Positions 46,425 through 54,666 of a stretch of 64,000 bases of DNA are shown here, in pieces. The stretch spans positions 69,286-133,285 of the forward strand of contig CAYRUF010000005.1 in the NCBI GenBank assembly GCA_964427375.1, in the 5' to 3' direction. Below the pieces are notes generated by a model. The model ran no database searches. It was not told where the DNA came from and saw only the letters and a list, made by a program, of their open reading frames with translations. Positions within the stretch are counted from its first letter, which is position 1, and each line of letters opens with the position of its first letter. This DNA is from an uncultured Desulfatibacillum sp. Lineage in GTDB: Bacteria > Desulfobacterota > Desulfobacteria > Desulfobacterales > SpSt-501. The position numbers and the translations under genes were made by a program.

Positions 46425-46601
46425 GGCAGGTCTTCTGGCTCGTGCCTCACCCTTCCGGCCGCACCTTCCCGAAGCGCTCGTCTATCGTCTGCGCTTCAGT
46501 GGTATCTGAGCGGCGGTCGTCAGCACTTACAGCGGCGGGTCCGCGCCGGATTTGCACCGGCTTCCCTATTCTCTCCCTCGCAGGAGCACCCCGGTCGCAC
46601 C
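46425..46601 (-). ncRNA. Cobalamin (B12) riboswitch aptamer
   Basis: The minus strand contains AATAGGGAAGCCGGTGCAAATCCGGCGCGGACCCGCCGCTGTAA, then CCACTG...GGGAAGG, then the B12 box GAGCCAGAAGACCTGCC. These are the conserved core blocks of the RF00174-type cobalamin riboswitch. Confidence 0.8.
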
Positions 46602-46718
46602 AAGTATATGGTTGCTACTAACCACGACCTTCAGCGCCTGTCAATCCCTTTAATCTCTGCAAAAAAGAGGGCTTTCTTTTACCGACACAAGTTTGCGCGC
46701 GTCCTCACGTAAAGATAC

Positions 46719-46961
46719 CTAAGCCGGAAGCCGGTCATGCTCTTCCGGCTTAGTTTTGGGAACTCTTGCCATCGCCCGCACAAACTTTTTTCGATTACCG
46801 CGCTCGGCGCGATGGTCGAGATACTCCTCGGTGGCCAGCGCCGAAAGCTTCTCAGCCAAAGCGAGCGTAATCAGCTGGTTGATGGAGACGCTTTCCTGCT
46901 CAGCCAACTTGCGGACTTGCTTGTGCAACGAGTCGGGCAGGCGGAGGCTAATCGTGCTCAT
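46719..46961 (-). CDS. Ribbon-helix-helix (CopG/Arc-like) antitoxin
   Basis: 80 aa. MSTISLRLPDSLHKQVRKLAEQESVSINQLITLALAEKL is a typical RHH. It overlaps the upstream PIN gene by 4 nt. Confidence 0.8.
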   Translation of the reverse strand: MSTISLRLPDSLHKQVRKLAEQESVSINQLITLALAEKLSALATEEYLDHRAERGNRKKFVRAMARVPKTKPEEHDRLPA

Positions 46962-47389
46962 GGCAACTCTCCGATTTCATGTAGAAATTCCTGAGCCGTC
47001 ATTACACGGACACCAAATTTTTCGACACCCTTAAAATCATCCTTGTTATAGGTGACGATAATTTCGCACCCAGCCGATACCGCCAATTCCAAGACCATGT
47101 CGTCTTTAGGGTCGCTTAAAAACGGCCGCCACAGGTAATGAACTTTTATTCTGTTAGCGACGGAGCAAACGTAATCCAAGATATCGTCGATATCGCTAAC
47201 TCTCAAACCGCTCCTCTTGCCAACGAGCCGCTTACCGGCATCTTCGTACTCGATAACAAGCGCAACGGAAAGATTGATTTCAAACTTACCGCTATCAAGG
47301 AGCATGAGCAGCTTGTAAGATGCTCCATATTGGGATCGCAACGCCGCGACAAACACATTGGTGTCAATGACGATCTGGGGCGTGCTCAT
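46958..47389 (-). CDS. PIN-domain toxin (putative ribonuclease)
   Basis: Start at ATG 47389 (MSTPQIVIDTNVFVAAL...). Acidic PIN residues are present (DTN, ...E..., D), and IVTYNKDDF is typical of the TIGR00305-like PIN family. Confidence 0.8.
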   Translation of the reverse strand: MSTPQIVIDTNVFVAALRSQYGASYKLLMLLDSGKFEINLSVALVIEYEDAGKRLVGKRSGLRVSDIDDILDYVCSVANRIKVHYLWRPFLSDPKDDMVLELAVSAGCEIIVTYNKDDFKGVEKFGVRVMTAQEFLHEIGELP

Positions 47390-47576
47390 ATATGGTACTA
47401 TATGTGATACCGTAACATCTGTCAATCAGAAACGGCAAAAACCTTGCCCCCTCCCCCGATCCGGCCACGAAAGACCTAAAAAGTGGACCAGACCAAGGTG
47501 GTGGCCGCTCAAATCATTCAACGCCGTCAAGCGGCGAAAAATGTACGTTCGCTCATCGGCCCCATGATTAAAAAAG

Positions 47577-47590
47577 TTTGATTTATCAAA
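47577..47590. promoter_or_regulatory. Palindrome TTTGAT-TT-ATCAAA upstream of the ParF-like gene (candidate operator/centromere-like site)
   Basis: A perfect 6-2-6 palindrome in an AT-rich patch about 170 bp upstream of the ATPase start. Confidence 0.3.
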
Positions 47591-47760
47591 TCCGAATATT
47601 TATAAGGGGCAGCGGACCGCACGGCGGATGTCGGGCCTGGTTCGGGGAATAACCCGCATTTCGTTACAAAGACGATTCGGCCCCTGAAGTTGATGAGGAG
47701 GCGGTTGACGACTGGATAGCTGAGAATGACATTTCCGACCCATTGAAAAGGGGCTGAAAA

Positions 47761-48375
47761 ATGGTCATCAGTTTGATCAATCAGAAGGGCGGCGTCGGCA
47801 AAACCACGACCGCCATCAACTTGGCAAGCGCGCTGTCCTCCAAAAACAAAAAAGTCTTGATGGTGGATGCCGACCCCCAGGGCAGCGTGATGCAATGGCA
47901 GGCGACCGGAGCCAATCGAGAGTTCGATGTGGTTCAGTTGGCCAGGCCGGAACTGAGCGGCAAGATCAAAAACCACCGGCGGAACTTTGATCACGTCGTC
48001 ATCGACTCCCCACCGGCGCTTTCCCACATCAGCCAGGATATCGCAGCGTCGTCGGATCTGGCTATCATTCCCGTTGCACCCAGCTCCTTGGACATCTGGT
48101 CGAGCCGGGAAACGATCCAACTGGTAACCGATGTCGGCCGCAAACACCCGGGGCTTAGCGTCAAACTGCTGGTTTATCGCAAAATCCCCGGCACCCGCTT
48201 GGCGGCGGAAGCTCGCGATGCGCTCAACTCTTATGGACTCGAAATCTTTCAAACCGAAATTTCCCAGAGGATCGCATACGTCGAGGCGATCGTCTCCGGC
48301 GTTTCCGTTTTAAAATACTCGCCGAACAGCGTTGCAGCTCGAGAAATCCGGAACCTGTGTGAGGAGATCCTATAA
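47761..48375 (+). CDS. Small ParA/ParF-type (type Ib-like) partition ATPase
   Basis: 204 aa with a deviant Walker A (NQKGGVGKTTTAINLA), MVDADPQGS and VVIDSPP. Its length and pattern resemble ParF of plasmid TP228. Confidence 0.88.
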   Translation: MVISLINQKGGVGKTTTAINLASALSSKNKKVLMVDADPQGSVMQWQATGANREFDVVQLARPELSGKIKNHRRNFDHVVIDSPPALSHISQDIAASSDLAIIPVAPSSLDIWSSRETIQLVTDVGRKHPGLSVKLLVYRKIPGTRLAAEARDALNSYGLEIFQTEISQRIAYVEAIVSGVSVLKYSPNSVAAREIRNLCEEIL

Positions 48376-48393
48376 ATCGGGAGGAATAAGACT

Positions 48394-48792
48394 ATGGCTC
48401 GGAAGAGATCCCTGAAGGATGCGGCGGCAGACCAGCTTGTCGAAAAAAGCAACACCGTTTCAGAGGCACCTCTTCCACCGACCCCAAAACGGGCGCCAAG
48501 ACGCCGCCCAGCGAAGGCCCCGGTGAGGGTCATTGAACCGGAGCCCACCCTTGAACCCCCTCCCCTCTCAGACGGCCAGCCGGTTGTGCCGGAGCCATCA
48601 GAGGCTCCCGCGAAGGAAGAAAGTCAGCCCAGCCGCCCCCCCCTGCTGTGGGCAGCGGTTGCACTCCTGATCGGCTTGGTCGGCGGCTATTTCTTCGGCA
48701 TAGGGCAGGCCATCGGACCCGCCAATATGGCCTTCCTCCTGATCGGGTTCGCCGGCGGATACCTTTGCGGCCGATTTCTGAAGCTCTTCTAA
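48394..48792 (+). CDS. Proline-rich protein with basic N-terminus and two C-terminal TM helices (putative ParF partner)
   Basis: 132 aa. MARKRSLKD..., then a Pro/Glu-rich segment, then LLWAAVALLIGLVGGYFFGIG and MAFLLIGFAGGYLCGRFL. It starts 18 nt after the ATPase stop. Confidence 0.65.
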   Translation: MARKRSLKDAAADQLVEKSNTVSEAPLPPTPKRAPRRRPAKAPVRVIEPEPTLEPPPLSDGQPVVPEPSEAPAKEESQPSRPPLLWAAVALLIGLVGGYFFGIGQAIGPANMAFLLIGFAGGYLCGRFLKLF

Positions 48793-48911
48793 CTCATCCC
48801 AGTCTCGATGCGGCCGACAAATTGTCTATCGACCGAAGCTTCTTGACTGCTTTAACCTCCGCAAAAGGTGGCTGAATCGCAGGGCAACTCGTTGAATTCA
48901 TTTTTTTAAAA

Positions 48912-49736
48912 GTGTATAAACGAGCCATGCCAAGGCCCAAAAAATGCGTCCTTTCAGCCGGCATCGTCGTCGTCCGGGAGCGACCAAACAGCTGGGAATA
49001 TCTGCTTCTCAGGGCGTTCCGCAACTGGGACTTCCCCAAGGGTGAGGTCGAGGCCGGAGAAGAACCCCTCGCAACCGCGATCCGGGAAACCCGGGAAGAG
49101 ACGGGGATCACGGAGATTGATTTCCGCTGGGGCGAAGGGTTCAAGGAAACCGGGCCTTACAACCGCGGAACGAAGGTCGCCCGGTATTATCTCGCTCAAA
49201 CAAGGGTGAGCCATGTGATGTTTGCAGTCAACCCCCAGATCAGGGCGCCGGAGCATCACGAATACCGGTGGCTCTCCGGCGCCGAGCTGGAGAGGCTGGC
49301 TCCGCCGCGCCTGCTGCCGGTGATCCGCTGGGCGCGCGATCGGGTGGAGAACATGATCGATGTCACGGCGGCTGTTTTGATCGAAAACGGCAGGGTGTTG
49401 ATCGCCCGCCGCCGGCCCGGAGCATCGCAGGCCGGCCTGTGGGAGTTTCCCGGCGGCAAGGTCGGTCCCGGAGAGTCGCCGGCCCAATGCTTGAAGCGCG
49501 AGATTCGGGAGGAACTCGGCATTGAGATCGCGGTGGAGGAGTTTTTCGGCGAAAGCGTCTACGCCTACGAGGACAAGACCATCCGGCTGGCGGCCTACCG
49601 GGTCCGGCGGGTGAGCGGGGGGCTGTCAGCAAACGATCATGCCGAGATCGCCTGGGTGGCACCGGCCGACTTCGGCCGGTACCGGTTTTGCCCGGCGGAT
49701 GTCCCTTTCACCGAGAAACTGCAGAAAATGCAATGA
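48912..49736 (+). CDS. Tandem Nudix hydrolase (Ap4A-hydrolase-like N-domain + MutT-like C-domain)
   Basis: It has two complete Nudix boxes: GEVEAGEEPLATAIRETREETGI and GGKVGPGESPAQCLKREIREELGI. Confidence 0.85.
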   Translation: MYKRAMPRPKKCVLSAGIVVVRERPNSWEYLLLRAFRNWDFPKGEVEAGEEPLATAIRETREETGITEIDFRWGEGFKETGPYNRGTKVARYYLAQTRVSHVMFAVNPQIRAPEHHEYRWLSGAELERLAPPRLLPVIRWARDRVENMIDVTAAVLIENGRVLIARRRPGASQAGLWEFPGGKVGPGESPAQCLKREIREELGIEIAVEEFFGESVYAYEDKTIRLAAYRVRRVSGGLSANDHAEIAWVAPADFGRYRFCPADVPFTEKLQKMQ

Positions 49737-50221
49737 CCTGCAACCGAAGCCAAGGGTTCTTCCAGCGAACCGTCCTGGTCCTGATTCTCGCGGTGCTGGC
49801 GGCCTCCCATGCCGGCGCCCAGACGCCCAAACCGGCGCCGCCGGCCGCCCAGCCCGAGCTTGCGCGCCAAAGGGAGCTGGAGCGCAATGCCGCCGTCAAC
49901 CTGTCGCTGGCCAAGAAATCGATCCAGGAAGACGCTTTCTACAACGCCAAGGTGGCGCTGAATGTCTGGAGGCTCAGCGCGCTGGATGCCGGCAACTTCG
50001 ACCGCAAACTTTACGAGGACCTGCGCAAGCAGTTGTATGAAAAATCGATCCGCGACAACCTGCGCTGCATAGAAATCGCCGTGGCCCAGCGCGACGCCCC
50101 GGATGCCAACCTCTGCCTGCGGATCTACCGGCTGCATGCCCAGGAGATCAATGCATTCGATCCCAAACGCTATGAGGATCTGAAGGCCCGCGTGAGCGGC
50201 ATCCGCAAGAAGGAACGATAA
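49733..50221 (+). CDS. Secreted hypothetical protein
   Basis: Start at ATG 49733, overlapping the Nudix stop. It has a signal peptide (TVLVLILAVLAASHAGAQ), a Pro-rich linker and a helical body. I recognise no family. Confidence 0.6.
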   Translation: MTCNRSQGFFQRTVLVLILAVLAASHAGAQTPKPAPPAAQPELARQRELERNAAVNLSLAKKSIQEDAFYNAKVALNVWRLSALDAGNFDRKLYEDLRKQLYEKSIRDNLRCIEIAVAQRDAPDANLCLRIYRLHAQEINAFDPKRYEDLKARVSGIRKKER

Positions 50222-50222
50222 G

Positions 50223-51011
50223 TCATCCGGCACCGGCGCATAGCAGCTGCCGAACAACGCGACTCATCATTACGGCGTCCCGGTAGGGCTGGGGGGATTC
50301 ATTGATAAGGGTCACATCAATGCTTCGTCTGGCCAGGGCCTCGGCCAGCCGCCGGAAGAACTTCGGAGTGGTCTTGAGATGTTGGCGCTCGCCCTTCGGG
50401 CCGTAGTCGATGCCCGAGAAGTGGGCGTGAAAGCGCGGCGGAAGCCGATCGATGACTTCCCCGTAGTCGAGGCTTCCGCCCGACCGCGCCAGCAGATGCG
50501 CAAAATCCACCGTAAACCCGCAGCCGGTTTCCCGCGCCAGCAGCATACACTCGTCCAGGGATCCGAACTGCGAAGGCTTGCCGGTCGTCTCCGGGCACAA
50601 CACGACGTCCCAGCGGTTTCTCCGCACGGCGGCCTGGAGCTTCTCGATCCCCTTGGCGATCCGCGCCAAGGTTTTTTCGGCCGAGCGCCCCTGGTAGAAG
50701 CCGGCATGAAACACCACGTTGCGGGCGCCCATCACCGCCGCCATCCGGCAGGAGGACAGAATGCGCTCCTTGCTCGCGGCCAGCTTTGCAGGATCGTCCG
50801 CCGCGAGGTTGATGTAATACGGGGCGTGCACGGAAAGCGTGATGTCCATCTCCCGGGCAAGCCGCCCCACCGCCTCGGCCTCTTCCGGCCTCATCCGCAC
50901 GCCGTAGGTGAAAGCCACCTCCAGGCAGCCGAGCCCCATCTTCGCGGCTCTATTGACCGCCTTTCTGTAGCCCAGACCGTCTGAGCCGGCAGCTCCGATT
51001 CGAATGTTCAT
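50223..51011 (-). CDS. Xylose-isomerase-like TIM-barrel protein, AP endonuclease family 2 (endonuclease IV-like)
   Basis: Start at ATG 51011 (MNIRIGAAGS...). Motifs include SVHAPYYINLA, VVFHAG, LCPETTGK and DFAHL. Confidence 0.75.
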   Translation of the reverse strand: MNIRIGAAGSDGLGYRKAVNRAAKMGLGCLEVAFTYGVRMRPEEAEAVGRLAREMDITLSVHAPYYINLAADDPAKLAASKERILSSCRMAAVMGARNVVFHAGFYQGRSAEKTLARIAKGIEKLQAAVRRNRWDVVLCPETTGKPSQFGSLDECMLLARETGCGFTVDFAHLLARSGGSLDYGEVIDRLPPRFHAHFSGIDYGPKGERQHLKTTPKFFRRLAEALARRSIDVTLINESPQPYRDAVMMSRVVRQLLCAGAG

Positions 51012-51071
51012 GATTACAGAAAACGAGTCATGGCGCTCGGCGCCACTTTTTCGATAACGAAATAGATCTCC

Positions 51072-51119
51072 TGTGGGAGACTTCCAGCCTCGATTTCGCG
51101 GCAAGATGCCGCTCCCACA
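51072..51119. repeat. REP-like compound palindromic element (copy 3)
   Basis: TGTGGGAGACTTCCAGCCTCGATTTCGCGGCAAGATGCCGCTCCCACA has the same architecture as 29091-29140. It lies between PolX and the EndoIV-like gene. Confidence 0.7.
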
Positions 51120-51193
51120 ATAGAGCAGAGCCACAACGCGATGCGATTGTTTATTATTTCCTTTGAGCTTTCAGCTTTGAGCTTCGAGCTGAT

Positions 51194-52927
51194 TCACCCC
51201 ATCGTCCGTTTCAACAGCCGGATCAGCTCCCTGAGCGGCCGGGCATTCAGCACATCTTTTTTCTCCAGCCACCCCCGCCGTGCCTGCCCCACGCCGTAAA
51301 TAAGCTGGCCGAATTCCGCCACGCTGTGCGCATCCGTGTTGATGGCGACGAGGACCCCGGCTGCTTTGGCCATCTGGCAGTAGGTGTCGGTGAGATCGAG
51401 CCGCTGGGGATTGGCGTTCAGCTCGAGAAAACACCCGCGCTCGTTGGCCTTTTGGATGACGGCCGCCATGTCGACCGCGTAAGGCTCGCGCTCGTTGATC
51501 AAGCGTCCGCTCGGGTGGCCCAGGATCGAAAAGAAACGCTGGTCCATGGCCCGCAGGATGCGTTCGGTCTGCTGCTGCATCGGCAGCCGAAAATGGCTGT
51601 GGATGGAGCCGATCACGAGGTCGAGCTGCTGCAAGATGCGGTCGGGAAGGTCCAGCCGGCCGTCCTCGAGAATCTCCACTTCGATGCCTTTCAACAGCCG
51701 GACGCCTTTAAGCTTCGCATTCAGACGATCGATGTCCTCCATCTGTGCCAGCAAGCGGCGCTCGTCAAGGCCGCCCACCATCTTGAGGTACTGAGAATGA
51801 TCGGTCACGGCCAGGTATTTCAGGCCGCACCGCTTGGCTCCCAGGGCCATCTCCTCCAGGCTGTTGCGCCCGTCGGTGGCGTTGGTGTGAGCATGCAGTT
51901 CGCCCTGGATATCGGCCGCCTCGACCAGCTCCGGCAGCCGGCCTTCGCGGGCGGCCTCGATTTCGCCGCGGTCCTCGCGCAGCTCGGGCGGAATCCAGGC
52001 AAGGCCCAGCGCGCGGTAGACCGATTCCTCGGTGTCCCCGGCGATCTTTTTTTCACCCTCGAACACCCCGTACTCGTTGATCTTGAGCCCGCGCTGACGG
52101 CCGAGGCCGCGGACCGCGATGTTGTGGGCCTGGCTCCCGGTGAAATACTGCAGGGCCGCGCCGAAGCTCTCCGGCGCCACCCGCCGCAGGTCCACCTGCA
52201 GACCGGAGCCCAGCACCAGGCTCGATTTGGTCTCTCCGCGGGCCAGCACCTGCCGCGCTTCCTCGAAATTCGCGAACCGCTCCATGACCGGGCTTTCCGC
52301 TCCGGCCGTCACCAGGATGTCGATGTCGCCCACGGTCTCCCGGCAGCGCCGGAAGCTGCCGGCGACGGCCACTTCCGCCACGCCGGGAACCTGCCGCAGG
52401 TAGGCCGCCAGGCGCTCCACCTGAAGACCGGCCGCGGCGATGCCCGCGCGTGCCGGCCGCCGCGCCAACACGTCGAGCGCCTCCCGGATGTGCTGCTCGA
52501 TCTTGGCCCCGAAACCCGGCAGGCCTCGAACGCGGCCGGCCTCGGCCGCATCCTTCAGCGCCGGCAGGCTTTCGATTTTAAGCTCGTGGTAGAGCGCGCT
52601 CACCCGTTTGGGTCCGAGGTTGGGAATCTGGAGCATCTCGATCACGCCCGCGGGAACCTTCTGTTTCAGTTTTTCCAGGGCCTGGGCCGTACCGGTCTCC
52701 AGGATCTCGACGATCTTCGCGGCCAGCTCCTTGCCGATGCCGGGCAGCTCGGTCGGCTCCTGACCCGAAGCCAGCATGTCCCTGAGTTCCGTGCCCATAC
52801 CCCGGATCGTTCGGCTGGCGTTGCGGTACGCCCGGATCTTAAAGGGGTTTTCACCCTCGATTTCGAGATAGTCGGCGATCCGGTCGAAAATGTCGGAGAT
52901 GTCTGAGTTTCGAATAGACATGCTCAC
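51194..52927 (-). CDS. polX: Family X DNA polymerase with C-terminal PHP phosphoesterase domain (PolX)
   Basis: 577 aa. The N-terminal HhH/pol-beta pattern is IADYLEIEGENPFKIRAYRNA...GIGKELAAKI, the nucleotidyltransferase motif is GSFRRCRETVGDIDIL, and the PHP motif is LHAHTNATDG. Confidence 0.9.
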   Translation of the reverse strand: MSMSIRNSDISDIFDRIADYLEIEGENPFKIRAYRNASRTIRGMGTELRDMLASGQEPTELPGIGKELAAKIVEILETGTAQALEKLKQKVPAGVIEMLQIPNLGPKRVSALYHELKIESLPALKDAAEAGRVRGLPGFGAKIEQHIREALDVLARRPARAGIAAAGLQVERLAAYLRQVPGVAEVAVAGSFRRCRETVGDIDILVTAGAESPVMERFANFEEARQVLARGETKSSLVLGSGLQVDLRRVAPESFGAALQYFTGSQAHNIAVRGLGRQRGLKINEYGVFEGEKKIAGDTEESVYRALGLAWIPPELREDRGEIEAAREGRLPELVEAADIQGELHAHTNATDGRNSLEEMALGAKRCGLKYLAVTDHSQYLKMVGGLDERRLLAQMEDIDRLNAKLKGVRLLKGIEVEILEDGRLDLPDRILQQLDLVIGSIHSHFRLPMQQQTERILRAMDQRFFSILGHPSGRLINEREPYAVDMAAVIQKANERGCFLELNANPQRLDLTDTYCQMAKAAGVLVAINTDAHSVAEFGQLIYGVGQARRGWLEKKDVLNARPLRELIRLLKRTMG

Positions 52928-52930
52928 ACT

Positions 52931-52977
52931 TTAAACCTTAAACCTTAAACTTCAAACTTTTTTGAAGAAAAAGTTTG
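52931..52977. repeat. Four tandem heptamers (TTAAACC-like) overlapping a perfect 10-bp hairpin in the polX / carboxylase divergent promoter region
   Basis: The heptamers TTAAACC TTAAACC TTAAACT TCAAACT span 52931-52958. The hairpin CAAACTTTTT-tgaag-AAAAAGTTTG spans 52953-52977. Confidence 0.8.
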
Positions 52978-53028
52978 ACCCCCGATTTGAATCCAGCGTA
53001 GATGAAAGGCTAATATCGAGGAGGCGCC

Positions 53029-54657
53029 ATGCAACCTACTCAAGCTCCCCCCGGCGGGCCCAAGCTGGCCCAGCGGCTGCAGCAGGCCGAGGCCGGTGTG
53101 TCGGCTGGAACCATCATGCAGGCCAATCTCGCGGATCTGGAGTCCATGAAAAACGATGCGTTCCAGGCCGGAGGGGTGCGGCGCATCGAGGACCAGCACC
53201 GCCGCGGCAAGCTCACCGCTCGGGAGCGGATCGAACTGCTGCTGGACGAAGGGTCCTTCGAGGAGTTCGACATCCTCAAGACCGGTCGCGGGGACTACAC
53301 CGACCAGGAGCGCCGCTACCCCGGAGACGGCGTCATCACCGGCCACGGCACGATCGACGGCCGCGAGGTCTTCGTCTTCAGCCAGGACTTCACCGTCATC
53401 GGAGGCTCCCTCGGCGAGGCCCACTCCCAGAAGATCAGCAAGGTCATGGATCATGCCGTCCGCGTGGGCTCGCCCATCGTGGGCCTCAACGACTCGGGCG
53501 GCGCGCGCATCCAGGAAGGGGTCGATGCGCTGGCGGCCTACGGCGAGATCTTCAACCGCAACGTCCAGGCGAGCGGCGTGGTGCCCCAGATCTCCTGCAT
53601 CATGGGGCCGTGCGCCGGCGGCGCGGTCTACAGCCCGGCCATCACGGACTTCGTCTTCATGGTGGAGCCCACCGCTTACATGTTCGTGACCGGCCCCAAC
53701 GTGGTCAAGACCGTCACGCATCAAGAAATCACGGCGGCCGATCTCGGCGGCGCACGCATTCACGGGGAGAAGAGCGGGGTGGCGCATTTCGTTCTGCCCA
53801 ACGACATCCTGTGCCTGCGGGAGGTGCGGCGCCTGATCAACTACCTGCCCTCCAACAACCAGCAGCGGCCGCCGATCCTGGACCTGCGCGACCCGCTGGA
53901 GCGCACCGATCCGGCGCTGGACTTCTTGATCCCGGCCAATCCCAACCACACCTACGATATGAAGGTGCTCATCCACAGCATCATGGACGGTGCGGAGTTC
54001 ATGGAGATCCAGCCGCATTTCGCCCGCAACATCATCTGCGGCCTGGGCCGATTGGGGGGGCAGACCGTGGGCCTCATTGCGAACCAGCCGGCCGTGCTCG
54101 CCGGCGTGCTCGACATCAACGCCTCGGCCAAGTCCGCGCGCTTCGTGCGATTCTGCGACGCCTTCAACATTCCCCTGGTCTGCTTCGTGGACGTCCCCGG
54201 ATTCATGCCCGGGCCCGAACAGGAGTCCGGCGGCATCATCCGCCACGGCGCCAAGCTGCTGTATGCTTTCGTCGAGGCCACCGTGCCGCGCATCACCGTC
54301 ATCCTGCGCAAGGCTTACGGCGGGGCTTACATCGTCATGAATTCCAAGCACATCGGCGGGGACATCAACTATGCCTGGCCCACGGCGGAGATCGCCGTGC
54401 TGGGCCCCAAGGGGGCGGCCGAGGTGATCTATCGGCAGGAGATCGCCGCCGCCGCCGACCCGGACGCCCTTCTTGCCGAGAAGACCGATCACTACCGGAA
54501 AACGTTCGCCAATCCGTTTCTGGCAGCCAAGCGGGGCTATATCGACGATGTGATCTTCCCGCGCCACACCCGCCAGCGCCTGATTCGCAGCCTGCAGTTT
54601 CTGGAAAGCAAGCGGGCGGGACGGCCGAATCGCAAGCATGGCAACATTCCGTTGTAA
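53029..54657 (+). CDS. Acyl-CoA carboxylase carboxyltransferase (beta) subunit, propionyl-CoA carboxylase beta-like
   Basis: 542 aa with typical PccB/MmdA motifs ([45 protein letters not shown]). The start could instead be the internal M at 53116. Confidence 0.9.
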   Translation: MQPTQAPPGGPKLAQRLQQAEAGVSAGTIMQANLADLESMKNDAFQAGGVRRIEDQHRRGKLTARERIELLLDEGSFEEFDILKTGRGDYTDQERRYPGDGVITGHGTIDGREVFVFSQDFTVIGGSLGEAHSQKISKVMDHAVRVGSPIVGLNDSGGARIQEGVDALAAYGEIFNRNVQASGVVPQISCIMGPCAGGAVYSPAITDFVFMVEPTAYMFVTGPNVVKTVTHQEITAADLGGARIHGEKSGVAHFVLPNDILCLREVRRLINYLPSNNQQRPPILDLRDPLERTDPALDFLIPANPNHTYDMKVLIHSIMDGAEFMEIQPHFARNIICGLGRLGGQTVGLIANQPAVLAGVLDINASAKSARFVRFCDAFNIPLVCFVDVPGFMPGPEQESGGIIRHGAKLLYAFVEATVPRITVILRKAYGGAYIVMNSKHIGGDINYAWPTAEIAVLGPKGAAEVIYRQEIAAAADPDALLAEKTDHYRKTFANPFLAAKRGYIDDVIFPRHTRQRLIRSLQFLESKRAGRPNRKHGNIPL

Positions 54658-54666
54658 GGAGGACCC

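Noticed and set aside
46317-46620. A TPP riboswitch, expected upstream of a thiC-like gene.
   Set aside because: I could not find the TPP core on the coding strand (CTGAGA and the ACCTGATCTGGATAATGCCAGCG-like pyrimidine/pyrophosphate sensor helices). The conserved blocks present are those of the cobalamin riboswitch.
47527-48252. 241-aa minus-strand ORF overlapping the ParF-like gene.
   Set aside because: It is antisense to a gene with clear deviant-Walker-A ParA motifs and has no motifs of its own.
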